Assembly (NCBI GenBank): GCA_018302765.1
Contig: JAGVZG010000004.1
Coordinates: 16,878 to 80,877, forward strand
From: Candidatus Woesearchaeota archaeon
GTDB taxonomy: Archaea; Nanobdellota; Nanobdellia; SCGC-AAA011-G17; GW2011-AR18
Direction: 5' to 3'
Length of the DNA: 64,000 nucleotides
The position numbers and the translations under genes were made by a program. Position 1 is the stretch's first letter, and each line of letters begins with the position of its first letter. Below the pieces are notes generated by a model. It saw only the letters and a list, made by a program, of their open reading frames with translations. It searched no databases and was not told the origin of the DNA. Below are positions 19,255-29,588 of the stretch, piece after piece.

Positions 19255-22125
19255 ATGCTTAATTTAAAACAAATAGAATCTAAATGGCAGAAGGCTTGGG
19301 AAGAAAATAAGATCTTTGAAGCTAAACCTGGGAAAAATAAAAAATTCTTCTTCACAACACCTTATCCTTATATTTCTGGAAGTTTGCATGTAGGCCATGG
19401 TAGGGCAGTAACTGAAAGCGATATCCTTTGCAGATATAAAAGAATGGTCGGTTTTAATGTTTTGTTTCCTATGGCTTTTCATATATCTGGTACACCTGTT
19501 CTAGGCATTTCTTCTGCCATAAAAAGTAATGATAAAGAAAAAATAGTTTTATATGAAAACTATGTATCCGCCTACGAGAAAGATAAAACTAAAATAAAGC
19601 AAATAGTCAGGTCTTTTGAAGATCCCAATAAAATTGTAGAATTCTTTATTCCTAAGATGATTGAAGAATATAAACAACTGGGATTAAGTGTAGATTGGAG
19701 TAGAAGTTTTACATCTGGTGATTTAGAACATCAGTCCATGGTTGAATGGCAATTTAATAAATATAAAGAATTTGGTTACCTTACAAGAGGGAAGCATCCC
19801 GTTTTATATTCTCCTCAAGATGAAAGTGCAATGGGTGAAGATGACATTCAAGATGCTGATTCTAACCCTGTAGAGAAACAAGAATTTACCTTATTGAAAT
19901 TCAAATTGAAAAATAAATTTTTAGTTGCAGCAACTTTACGTCCTGAAACAATTTTTGGTCAAACAAACTTATGGATAAATCCACTCATAAAGTATCATGA
20001 AATAAAAGTTGGGAACGAAATCTGGATTTTAAGTGAAAATAGTATTGAAAAACTAACTTATCAAAAAGATAATGTAAAAAATTTAGGAGAAACTAAAGAA
20101 AAGCTTATCGGAGAATATGTAAAAGCCCCAGGTATTAATAAAGAAATAATTATTTTACCTTCTAGTTTTGTAGATCCTGATGTTGGAACCGGTATTGTAA
20201 CAAGTGTTCCTAGTGATGCACCACATGATTATATTGCCTTAAAAGAACTTCAAAATAATGTACAAGAAATTAAAAAATATAAATTGGATTCAAGCGTTAT
20301 AAACTCTTTAAAAATAATCCCGATTATTAATACTAAAAAATATGGTGATAAAGCTGGAATGAAGATAGCAGAAGAAAATAATATATCAAAACAAGATGAT
20401 CCTAAACTTGAGGCACTTACCCAAGAAATTTATAAAGAAGGATTTCATAATGGAGTCCTATTAAATAATTGTGGAAAATATTCTAATATGAAAGTAACTG
20501 AAGCTAAAGAGTTGATGAAAAAAGAATTAATTGAAAATAAAGAAGCAGATATAATGTTAGAAACATCCAGAAAAGCGTTTTCTAGAAGCGGCGGCAAGAT
20601 AATTGTTGCTATAATGGATAATCAATGGTTTTTAGATTTTAATACTGATAAGTGGAAAGATAAGGCTTATTCTTGTTTGTCTAAAATAGAATTATCTCCA
20701 GAGTCCACTAGGAAATTATTTGAAGATGTTTTTGCATGGTTAGACAAAAGACCTTGTGCTAGAAAAAGAGGACTTGGTACAAAACTGCCTTTTGATAAAT
20801 ACTGGATGATAGAATCCTTATCTGATTCTACTATTTACATGACATTGTATACTATCAATAATATTATAAGAAGGAATAATTTAGATAAAGAGAACCTTAA
20901 AAATGAATTCTTTGATTATGTCTATCTTGGAAAAGGAAAGATCAATGATGTCGCTAAAATAACCAATGTAAAAGAAGATATACTAAAAGAATTAAGGGAT
21001 AGTTTCGAATATTGGATGCCAAATGATCAAAGACATACATTTATTTTACATCTTTCAAATCACTTATCATTTATGATATTTGCTTTTGCAGCAATTTTCC
21101 CAGAGAGGTATTGGCCAAAGAAGATAAGTTTTCATGGACTTGTAGTAAGTGAAGGTGAAAAAATGAGTAAAAGTAAAGGAAATATTATTACATTGCTCCA
21201 TGTAAAAGATAATTATGGTGCCGATGTTTTTAGATTATATCTTACTCACTCCACTACAATACAAGGAACATTCGATTGGAATGAGACAGAAGCCCAAAAT
21301 GCAAAGAAAACGGTTGAAAGAGTCTACTCTGAATGTATGGAAGCAATAGATAATATGACCAAGGGTGGAGAAGTTAAGCCTATATTTGCACATAAATTCA
21401 ATAAGATTATAAAAAATGCAACTGATAAAATAGAACAAATGAAATTAAGGGAATTCAATAATTTTGTTGTTTATGATATGCTAAACTTAATAAGATCTGC
21501 AAAAGCTAGTCTAAATAAAAATGAACTTAGTATATTTAATAATTATATCATTGAAAAATGGATTAAATTAACATCACCAGTTATGCCACATACTGCTGAA
21601 GAATTATGGAGTAAATTAGGAAATAAAAATTTTATTAGTTTGGAGATCTGGCCTAAATTTGATGCTGAAAAAATCGACGAATCTCTTGAATATGCAGAAT
21701 CATTTACTGATAATTTATTAGCAGACGTTAGATATTTAAATAATATATTAAAGATAGATAAGATTAACAAAATAATATTTATTGTTAGCCCTGTATGGAG
21801 ATATAAACTTTATAGAGATTTCAATGAAATAATTGTTAACACTGTTGAAGGGGGTTTTTCTTCTATTATGAAAGAAATAATGAGGCTTTTATTACCTAAA
21901 TATAAAGAACATACTCAAGAAATTTCTAAACTATTGCCTAAGTTAATTGAGAAAAGACCTGAAATTGTATTAAATAAAGAGAAAGAAATTCAAATATTGC
22001 AAGAAATTAAAAAAAATATTGAAAAGGAATTTAATTGTAAAGTTGTTGTTGAAGACGGAGATAAATTTAAGCATGAAAAATCTAAGTTTGCTCTACCTGG
22101 AAAACCTGCTATTCTATTAGAATAA
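19255..22125 (+). CDS. leuS: Leucine--tRNA ligase (archaeal type)
   Basis: PYPYISGSLHVGH, ATLRPETIFGQTN, VPSDAPHDY, IESLSDSTIY, KMSKS. Confidence 0.97.
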   Translation: MLNLKQIESKWQKAWEENKIFEAKPGKNKKFFFTTPYPYISGSLHVGHGRAVTESDILCRYKRMVGFNVLFPMAFHISGTPVLGISSAIKSNDKEKIVLYENYVSAYEKDKTKIKQIVRSFEDPNKIVEFFIPKMIEEYKQLGLSVDWSRSFTSGDLEHQSMVEWQFNKYKEFGYLTRGKHPVLYSPQDESAMGEDDIQDADSNPVEKQEFTLLKFKLKNKFLVAATLRPETIFGQTNLWINPLIKYHEIKVGNEIWILSENSIEKLTYQKDNVKNLGETKEKLIGEYVKAPGINKEIIILPSSFVDPDVGTGIVTSVPSDAPHDYIALKELQNNVQEIKKYKLDSSVINSLKIIPIINTKKYGDKAGMKIAEENNISKQDDPKLEALTQEIYKEGFHNGVLLNNCGKYSNMKVTEAKELMKKELIENKEADIMLETSRKAFSRSGGKIIVAIMDNQWFLDFNTDKWKDKAYSCLSKIELSPESTRKLFEDVFAWLDKRPCARKRGLGTKLPFDKYWMIESLSDSTIYMTLYTINNIIRRNNLDKENLKNEFFDYVYLGKGKINDVAKITNVKEDILKELRDSFEYWMPNDQRHTFILHLSNHLSFMIFAFAAIFPERYWPKKISFHGLVVSEGEKMSKSKGNIITLLHVKDNYGADVFRLYLTHSTTIQGTFDWNETEAQNAKKTVERVYSECMEAIDNMTKGGEVKPIFAHKFNKIIKNATDKIEQMKLREFNNFVVYDMLNLIRSAKASLNKNELSIFNNYIIEKWIKLTSPVMPHTAEELWSKLGNKNFISLEIWPKFDAEKIDESLEYAESFTDNLLADVRYLNNILKIDKINKIIFIVSPVWRYKLYRDFNEIIVNTVEGGFSSIMKEIMRLLLPKYKEHTQEISKLLPKLIEKRPEIVLNKEKEIQILQEIKKNIEKEFNCKVVVEDGDKFKHEKSKFALPGKPAILLE

Positions 22126-22681
22126 AGTTTATCTGAATAAAGAAGGCTATCTCAGGTCCTTTTAATATTAGCTCTTCACTGTTTAATCCCTTAAGTTCAT
22201 GCGGAAATACTAACCATTTGTCTGTCTCATGTATATAAAAATCAGGAGCACGATCTGTTTGATTTCTAGTTGGCTTGTAATAAACTGTAGCTATTTTTAA
22301 TTCTCTTGGCATATTGGCTCTCATTCTTGTTTTCATAGCATCTAAAACGGCTTTTATGCTTAATCCAGTATCATAAACATCATCGACAATTAATAATTTA
22401 TTATCCAAATTTGCATTTCTTTCAATGTATTCCAAACCATGCACCCTAATGCTTTTTCTTTTTTCATCTATTCCATCATAAGCAGAAGTTCTTATCGGTA
22501 TATGGTCTGTTTTAACATTGTGGTAATCTAGAAATTCCTGAACTGCACTTCCTATAGGTGTGCCGCCTCTCCACAAAGCTACTATAAAATCTGGCCTGAA
22601 TTCTGAATCTAATATTTTACGAGCTAATTTATAAGAATCAATTAATAATTGATCAGCGGTTATATATTGCTTTTCTACCAT
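22109..22681 (-). CDS. Purine phosphoribosyltransferase (type I PRTase)
   Basis: IVALWRGG, LLIVDDVYDTG PRPP-binding loop, WLVFPHE. Confidence 0.88.
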   Translation of the reverse strand: MVEKQYITADQLLIDSYKLARKILDSEFRPDFIVALWRGGTPIGSAVQEFLDYHNVKTDHIPIRTSAYDGIDEKRKSIRVHGLEYIERNANLDNKLLIVDDVYDTGLSIKAVLDAMKTRMRANMPRELKIATVYYKPTRNQTDRAPDFYIHETDKWLVFPHELKGLNSEELILKGPEIAFFIQINFILIE

Positions 22682-22836
22682 AGGAAGTTACAAAACTGTT
22701 AATTTATAAATTTTTATATGATAAATTCTATAATTTGGAAAACTTTTCAGAAAACCAGGTAAATATTCTTTAATAATTAATATTTCTACCAATAGTTAGA
22801 ACTACATTTAAATTAGCTAAAATTATAAACTTTTCT

Positions 22837-23211
22837 TTGTTTATTGTATTTATGGCATTGAATGACTTACTTCAAAGAACAAAATCTGGGTTTTATGAAA
22901 TTTTATTTAGAGGATCTACTGCCTTTCCTTATTCAAATGACTTAATGCATATTGGAATTATTGGAACTGTTCCATTTTTATTTAGTAAATATGGGGCTCA
23001 ATTCCTAGGAAATTATGTTCCATTTTTAAAAAATAATTCAGATTTAATTGGTTTTGGCTGCGCTGTTGCTTCTGAATTAATATGGCAACTTTACTTAGAA
23101 CCAAAATCGCCTTATGATCATCCAGAGGATAAAAATAGCGATTTTAAAGGTGTTCTTGAAACTGCAGTAGGTGCAGGTTTGGCTTATCTTGTAACTAAGC
23201 TGCTTAGATAA
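22837..23211 (+). CDS. Hypothetical membrane protein
   Basis: 124 aa with hydrophobic segments. Confidence 0.55.
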   Translation: MFIVFMALNDLLQRTKSGFYEILFRGSTAFPYSNDLMHIGIIGTVPFLFSKYGAQFLGNYVPFLKNNSDLIGFGCAVASELIWQLYLEPKSPYDHPEDKNSDFKGVLETAVGAGLAYLVTKLLR

Positions 23212-24409
23212 AGCTAGTTAATTTTACTTGTTTATTCAATTTGTCCAATAACTTACTTTCTTTTAGCTGCATATTTATATCATATTTTAATTTTTTAAAA
23301 ATTAATTCTCTAGCAAAATCAAGCATTTCTTTTTTACTGCTGAATTCATATTTTTCTGAGCTTAGGGCTTTTTTAACTGCCTGCCTTACAACAAAAACTC
23401 CTAAAGGAACTAAATACTCAGAAGTTACGTATCTTAATAACAAACAGCTAGCTTGTTTTTTTAGTTTTTTTAACTCCTCTAATAGGCTTAACCTTGCAGC
23501 GTAATAACCTCCAACAGTATTTTCTGCATAATCCTTTCTTCCGTAATAATCTTCATAATCTGTAGTTGTATAAACAGCATCATCTGGCTTGGCTAAATTT
23601 TCTGGAATTGCAGTCTCAAATAATTCATAAGACCATACATCTGGAAACATAATAATTAAATAGTGGTTTCCAAAATAATTTCCAAAATATAATTTATAGT
23701 TTTCAAGTGAACTGTTGTTTTTTATTTCTTTTATGTTGTCTTTACCTATTGCATTATCTGTTGCTGTGATTGACCATCTTGTAGGAACTAACTTTCTATT
23801 ATACTTTATTCCCATGATACCTATGCTTAATAATTGACTTAATTGGTACTCAGAAATTCCTTTTTCTCTCAAATATCTTATAGCATCAACTGCCTTTAGA
23901 TCCGTATCATAAAAAACCTTTTCAATTTTTGGCTCTAATTTTATGTTATCTATTGACCTTATTTTATTTGCTTCTCCGCCAGGGCCAAAAGGAAGATGAA
24001 CATTATCAATGCTTAACTTGGGCCTTAGTTTTTTCTTTAATTCAACTTCTATAGTTGTGGTTTTAGAACTCATTGCTATTTCCTGAGCTAATTCTAAGAA
24101 CTTATTATTTTTTCTGACATCAAATATTCCGGATTTTTTCCTTGCATTAATTAGGTTTGCTCTTAACTCAACAATTTTTCTTATATCATAATTATTTTCA
24201 TACCAATAATATGGATTGTCATATTTCCAAGCTTCTTCTTTATTATCTAAAGGACTTAGAACTCCAACATTTGCTTTTTTGTTATTGATAAATTTACTTC
24301 CAACAAATACTGTTGGGGGAGTATTGCCCAGAAATTCCTTATCTACAAGGTCAATTGCCTTAATTTTTATATCTTTAATCCAAGGACTTTTATTTTTTAA
24401 TATTATCAT
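23204..24409 (-). CDS. nreA: Nre family DNA repair protein
   Basis: TPPTVFVG, LVPTRWSITATD, GGYYAARL, C-terminal PIP box QVKLTSFI; N-terminal Zn-binding Cys cluster not seen. Confidence 0.85.
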   Translation of the reverse strand: MIILKNKSPWIKDIKIKAIDLVDKEFLGNTPPTVFVGSKFINNKKANVGVLSPLDNKEEAWKYDNPYYWYENNYDIRKIVELRANLINARKKSGIFDVRKNNKFLELAQEIAMSSKTTTIEVELKKKLRPKLSIDNVHLPFGPGGEANKIRSIDNIKLEPKIEKVFYDTDLKAVDAIRYLREKGISEYQLSQLLSIGIMGIKYNRKLVPTRWSITATDNAIGKDNIKEIKNNSSLENYKLYFGNYFGNHYLIIMFPDVWSYELFETAIPENLAKPDDAVYTTTDYEDYYGRKDYAENTVGGYYAARLSLLEELKKLKKQASCLLLRYVTSEYLVPLGVFVVRQAVKKALSSEKYEFSSKKEMLDFARELIFKKLKYDINMQLKESKLLDKLNKQVKLTSFI

Positions 24410-24532
24410 ACAACATTAAAAACCCAAGAGTTTAAATATTTTTATATGAATATCAAGACAACAAGATAATATTATCATTCCTTTTGAAACCAAACTTGTC
24501 ATAAAAATTACAGAAAGCTGTAATTTATATAA

Positions 24533-25627
24533 TTATTCAGCTCTAGACTTTCTTGCTTCTTTAATTAATCTTTCATAAAATTCTGTTTTGCTGTCCATTA
24601 ATCTTTTATGCGAACGAGATTTGCATTCTTCTAAAACATAACCAACAAGAATTGGAAATATTGGGCTATATTCCCCCCAAATTTGTATTAATCCTGGACT
24701 ATTAGCATCTACATATTTCTCCCATGATACAGCTTCACCAAGAGTAGCGCCTGACAATCCACCATCTTTTTCAACAGCAGTACTTATTTGTATACCTACA
24801 TCTGCGCCTTCAAATTCTACTTCCAACAATTGGTTTAACATTGGTGCTAGAGTCTGTATCCAGTTTTTAGGCCCTCCGCCACCTAATTCCAAGAATGCTG
24901 TTTTTTCGCTTGCATATTCAATAGCTGCTCCTTCTAGTAAACTTCTATTTGGACATATTCTAACACTTGAATTTAAGCGTAAAAAACGTGATGCATTTAC
25001 CATCCCTATTGAATGGTCTGATTCTGAATCAAGGAAAACAGGAACACCATATTGCGCTGATGCAGCCAGCCAAGAATTTTCAGGGTATGGTGCATTAGCT
25101 AAGATATATTTACCCCATTCATAACAATAATCAGCGCTAGATATTTCTCTATCTTGCAACGTTCCTGCAAATTCGTCAAAAATTCTATCTTGTCTTATCA
25201 ATGTTTCTTCTAGGCTTACAAATAAATCGTAAATTCTAACAACGCCATGTTTGCGTAGCTCATTATCATTAACTTTTGAACTACCTTGCACAACAGGTAA
25301 ATCCCAAGCAAAATGGCCATCATGATAAACTTGCGCACCTGTAGAGCAAATTGCATCAATTGAACCATGTTTTATTAAATCTATAAAATAACCGCCAATA
25401 CCACCAACAGGTCCTGCACCTGCAACGCCCAGCCATGTTGTGAAACCTTCATTATGTATTTTCTCTAAAGTCCTGGCAGCTCTTGCAATATTTCTAGCTT
25501 CAAAGCACGTTGCTTCATATAAATCAATAATGTTTTTAATATTTGTACCCAGAATCCAATGTACTGGTTTTATTTTACTACCTTGCATATAAGAGCTATT
25601 TGTGCCTTGTGAAAAAGAATCGTTCAT
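24533..25627 (-). CDS. dys: Deoxyhypusine synthase family protein
   Basis: STGAQVYHD, GGGGPKNWI, DGGLSGATLGEAVSWEK; likely start at MNDSF. Confidence 0.88.
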   Translation of the reverse strand: MNDSFSQGTNSSYMQGSKIKPVHWILGTNIKNIIDLYEATCFEARNIARAARTLEKIHNEGFTTWLGVAGAGPVGGIGGYFIDLIKHGSIDAICSTGAQVYHDGHFAWDLPVVQGSSKVNDNELRKHGVVRIYDLFVSLEETLIRQDRIFDEFAGTLQDREISSADYCYEWGKYILANAPYPENSWLAASAQYGVPVFLDSESDHSIGMVNASRFLRLNSSVRICPNRSLLEGAAIEYASEKTAFLELGGGGPKNWIQTLAPMLNQLLEVEFEGADVGIQISTAVEKDGGLSGATLGEAVSWEKYVDANSPGLIQIWGEYSPIFPILVGYVLEECKSRSHKRLMDSKTEFYERLIKEARKSRAE

Positions 25628-25937
25628 AGTTTTTTCTTTAATTTTTTTATATAAAAGATTTTCTTTGCTAGAATAGTTATTTTTATAATACAAAATTATA
25701 TAAGTATAAATATATGTATTTTTTATATGCAGTTTACAATAAAATCAGGTGTTGTTTTAGGAGTTGCTTCATTTCAGTTAATTGACAAAAGAAAATTAAA
25801 ATTTGAGGTTTTTCCAGGGAAGAAAGGCTATGACGTTAGTGGTTTTACTAGTAATGCGATGATTTACTAAAGATAAATAATAACTTTGTAATAATGTTTA
25901 TAGTAAAGGATATATACTAAAATATTACACAAATCAT

Positions 25938-27365
25938 ATGATAAACTATAATGATTTAGGCCTTAAAATAGGTCTAGAAATTCATCAACAGCTCGACACT
26001 GGAAAATTATTTTGTAGATGTCCTTGCATTATAAAAGATGAAAAACCAGATTTTGAGGTTAAAAGAAATCTAAGAGTTTCTGCCTCTGAATTAGGAGAGT
26101 TTGATCCTGCTGCCTTATACGAATTAAAAAAAGGTAAATATTTTGTTTATCAAGGGTATAATAATATAAATTGCTTAGTTGAATTAGACGAATTGCCTCC
26201 TGAAGAATTAAATAAAGAAGCATTGAACATTGCTTTGCAGGTTGCCTTATTATTGAATGCTAAACCTGTAGATGTTGTTCAGTTTATGAGAAAAATTGTA
26301 ATTGATGGAAGCAATGTTTCTGGCTTTCAAAGAACTGCTTTAATTGCTATTAATGGCTATATTGAAACTTCTGAAAGTAGGATTTCAATTCCTACAATAT
26401 GCTTGGAAGAAGAAGCAGCCAAGAAAGTTGAAGATGCAGAAAAATACAGGGTTTACAATATTTCCAGAATGGGAATTCCTTTAATTGAGATTGCTACTGG
26501 CCCTGAAATAAAAAGTCCAGAAGGAGCTAAAGAAACTGCTGAGAAAATTGGAATGGTTTTAAGATCTGTTAAAGGAATTAAACGTGGGCTTGGAAGTATA
26601 AGGCAAGACATCAATTTAAGTATAAAGAATACTGCTAGGGTTGAAATAAAAGGCTTTCAAGATTTGAGAAGTATTCCTAATGTTGTTGAATTTGAAATTA
26701 ATAGAAGATTGATTGTATTAAATGAAGGGGAAAAATTAGAAGGTGAAGTTAGGAAAGCTGAACCTGATTTTACTACTTCATTTTTAAGACCAATGCCCGG
26801 AGCTGATAGAATGTATCCTGAAACTGATGTTCCTTTAGTCTATATAACTAAAGACATATTAAAGAAAATAGAATTACCTAAATTGCTAGACGAGAAAGTT
26901 GATGACTTAGAAAAAATTTATGGTTTACAGCCAGAAATTGCCAGAGAAATTATAAAGCAAAATATCAGTTTTGACCATTTTGTAAGTCAATACAGAAATT
27001 TAGATCCTAGTTTTATTTCTAGAGTTTTGGTTGAAGTCCCAAAAGAAATAAAATCTAGATTAAAATTAGATTCAGATAAATTAACAGAAGATAGTTTTCA
27101 TGCTGTTCTAGAATTTATTAATGAAGGAAAAATTAACAAAGAAGCTGCTATTGATGTTTTAGCTGATTTAATTAGAAGTGGAAAAATAAATTTAGATAAA
27201 TATGAAACTATTTCTGATGAAGAACTTGAAATAGAAGTTAGAAAAATAATTGATTCTAATAAAGGAGTTTCATTTGGTGGTTTGATGGGTGATGTTATGG
27301 AAAAATTTAAAGGAAAAGTTGACGGGAAAAAAGTTGCTGAATTGATTAAGAAGTATATGGAATAA
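25938..27365 (+). CDS. gatE: Glutamyl-tRNA(Gln) amidotransferase subunit E (short form)
   Basis: GLEIHQQL..GKLFC, MRKIVIDGSNVSGFQRT, RQDINLSI, RPMPGADRMYPETD. Confidence 0.95.
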   Translation: MINYNDLGLKIGLEIHQQLDTGKLFCRCPCIIKDEKPDFEVKRNLRVSASELGEFDPAALYELKKGKYFVYQGYNNINCLVELDELPPEELNKEALNIALQVALLLNAKPVDVVQFMRKIVIDGSNVSGFQRTALIAINGYIETSESRISIPTICLEEEAAKKVEDAEKYRVYNISRMGIPLIEIATGPEIKSPEGAKETAEKIGMVLRSVKGIKRGLGSIRQDINLSIKNTARVEIKGFQDLRSIPNVVEFEINRRLIVLNEGEKLEGEVRKAEPDFTTSFLRPMPGADRMYPETDVPLVYITKDILKKIELPKLLDEKVDDLEKIYGLQPEIAREIIKQNISFDHFVSQYRNLDPSFISRVLVEVPKEIKSRLKLDSDKLTEDSFHAVLEFINEGKINKEAAIDVLADLIRSGKINLDKYETISDEELEIEVRKIIDSNKGVSFGGLMGDVMEKFKGKVDGKKVAELIKKYME

Positions 27366-28328
27366 TTATTCTTCAGGAAAGTAAATATATTTGTATATTT
27401 TTTTAGCTTTGTAATATTTGTATGTTCTAAGTATCCCAGGAAATTTTATTTTTATTTCTTTTATTAAATTATAAAATGCATCGTAACCTTGAAGTTCTGC
27501 ATCAAATTCAAAATCTGAACTGCCTATAGTTCTATCTTCAAATATAATATTTGGGTGGTTTTTTGCAAATTGCTGTAACTGTTTTAATTTTGTAATATCT
27601 TCTATATCTAGATCTATCTTATAATATTCATAGTTTAATTTTGTATAATCGATTAATGCCTTGTAACTTAGGATTACTTTTTTCTTTTCTAGTTGCTTTA
27701 TTCTATAGATTAATGCCATAGAACTTAAATTTAATTTTTTTGATAATTCTATTAAAGAAAATTTAGCATTTTTGGAAATTTCTTTTAAAATTTTAATATC
27801 TAGTTCATCAATTTCTGTCTTTTGTGATTTTCCTATTATAATTCCTGAATGGTCTCTTAATTTTTCTTCAACTAGGTAATTTTTAAGATATTGTATATAT
27901 TCTATAAAAATTGCAACATTGTGGGAATGCATATATTTTTTATATTTTTCCTGGAAATTTATTAAAATATTATTAAATTCTTCTAAAGATTTAACTAGAA
28001 AACCTAAAGCTAAATCCCAATCTCCTTCTGTTTTGTAAACTGTAAATATTGATTTTGAATTTACTAAATGGTTTATTATTTCTTCTTCTAATTCCAGTGT
28101 TGTATTTTGAAATTTGACATAGTATCTTAATAAAATGTACCCTAACTTTGAATAATCAATTACAGTGTAATATCCTTGTATTATTTTATTATCTTCTAGT
28201 TGCTTGATTCTATAAGCTACTGTATCTTTTTTTAGCTTTAATATTTTAGATATTTCATTAATACTTCTTCTTGAATTTTTATCTATCTCAAACATTATCT
28301 TTTTGTCTATTTCGTCCATTTTTTGCAT
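27366..28328 (-). CDS. Lrp/AsnC family regulator with duplicated HTH and effector-binding modules
   Basis: Two repeats of D..D.KI...L..N.......S..L...V.YRIKQLE. Confidence 0.88.
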   Translation of the reverse strand: MQKMDEIDKKIMFEIDKNSRRSINEISKILKLKKDTVAYRIKQLEDNKIIQGYYTVIDYSKLGYILLRYYVKFQNTTLELEEEIINHLVNSKSIFTVYKTEGDWDLALGFLVKSLEEFNNILINFQEKYKKYMHSHNVAIFIEYIQYLKNYLVEEKLRDHSGIIIGKSQKTEIDELDIKILKEISKNAKFSLIELSKKLNLSSMALIYRIKQLEKKKVILSYKALIDYTKLNYEYYKIDLDIEDITKLKQLQQFAKNHPNIIFEDRTIGSSDFEFDAELQGYDAFYNLIKEIKIKFPGILRTYKYYKAKKIYKYIYFPEE

Positions 28329-28452
28329 ATTTTTAATTAAAATACTAATTAATATATAAATCTTTTTATTTTGATTAAAATTTTAATAATAAATTTAATA
28401 TAACTGTTAAACTACCATATATTACTATAAAGTAGCAATTATTGAGGGAAAA

Positions 28453-28926
28453 ATGAAACTGTACAAAATTATACCAATGTTGATTGGGACTTTTGTTGGC
28501 TGTAGTTCAACTAGTCCACAAGACTTAGCTAATTTAGTTAGAGAAAATGGACAAAATTTTGTATTGGATGGGAAAAAATTAGAATGGACTCATCAAATGA
28601 GAAAGACATTAAAAGATAGAACTGAAATTGATGTAAGCTTATGGGACAGAAAAGATGAAAAGTGTTCTAGACAAAAAATAAATGTAATACCCAGTTATGA
28701 ATCTAAAGAAAGACATTTACCAATTGGGTATGAAGTAGTTGATTGGGGTTGTGACGGTATGAATTCTGATAGTGATGACTTTAGAATTTACTTAGGCAAT
28801 GATAGGTGGCATCATGTTAGTGCTCAAAAAATGACTATTGATGAAACTTTTGATAATGTTCCTAGAGTGGGAATGAAAGAAATGTATCAGGAATTGGTAG
28901 ATCAAATTTATAAGGAATTAAAATGA
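28453..28926 (+). CDS. Hypothetical lipoprotein-like protein
   Basis: N-terminal MKLYKIIPMLIGTFVGC lipobox-like signal. Confidence 0.5.
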   Translation: MKLYKIIPMLIGTFVGCSSTSPQDLANLVRENGQNFVLDGKKLEWTHQMRKTLKDRTEIDVSLWDRKDEKCSRQKINVIPSYESKERHLPIGYEVVDWGCDGMNSDSDDFRIYLGNDRWHHVSAQKMTIDETFDNVPRVGMKEMYQELVDQIYKELK

Positions 28927-29351
28927 GAGCTTTAATACTTCATGCAAATAAATTTGCAACAAAGGTTGTAAAAAAATCAAATAAACCTGGAAACATAGTA
29001 TCGGAGAAAGTAAATGAATTTGAGAATGAAATGGATGAATGTATTGTTGCATTTTTTACTGTAGAAAAACCAGACTCTGAAAACGAAATTGAAAAATTAT
29101 ATAATGAAATTATTAAAGCCAGCAATGAAACTGATACTAAAAATATTATGATATCCCCTTTTGTACACTTATCAAATAATATCGCTGAACCTAAAAAAGC
29201 TATCCAATTTTATGAAAATATTATGAGTAAATTCAAAAATACAAATTACATTGTTAATTCTTCGCCTTTTGGCTATCATAAAAGTTTGCTATTAGATATT
29301 AAGGGACACCCGACTTCCTTTAGGTATAGAGAATTTAATAATGATCGATAA
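28923..29351 (+). CDS. Stand-alone archaeal-type threonyl-tRNA synthetase editing domain
   Basis: MRALILHA, FFTVEK.D, SPFVHLS, SPFGYHKS...IKGHP. Confidence 0.8.
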   Translation: MRALILHANKFATKVVKKSNKPGNIVSEKVNEFENEMDECIVAFFTVEKPDSENEIEKLYNEIIKASNETDTKNIMISPFVHLSNNIAEPKKAIQFYENIMSKFKNTNYIVNSSPFGYHKSLLLDIKGHPTSFRYREFNNDR

Positions 29352-29588
29352 TTATTCTTCTCCAAATACACATTTTATCTTGTAAACTTTTCTTATTCTA
29401 TGCAATGGAATTTCTACTTCTTTATTATCTAATTCTAAAACTATTGAGAATTTATTTAGTTCTTTTATGTCAGTAAATTTTATTTCCTGCAATTCTTCTT
29501 TAAACCTGTCTTTGTAATAAATTATAAATTTTTCTTTGTCTTTTTCTTTCCATTTAATCTTATTTAATAATTCAAATATTGCTTGCAT
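29352..29588 (-). CDS. DUF504/MJ1316-like RNA repair domain protein
   Basis: LLNKIKW...IIYYKDR...EIPLHRIRKVY. Confidence 0.8.
   Translation of the reverse strand: MQAIFELLNKIKWKEKDKEKFIIYYKDRFKEELQEIKFTDIKELNKFSIVLELDNKEVEIPLHRIRKVYKIKCVFGEE

Noticed and set aside
25750-25870. Short coding-like relic (LGVASFQLIDKRKLKFEVFPGKKGYDVSGFTSNAMIY*) between dys and gatE
   Set aside because: No start codon and too short to support a call without a database search.
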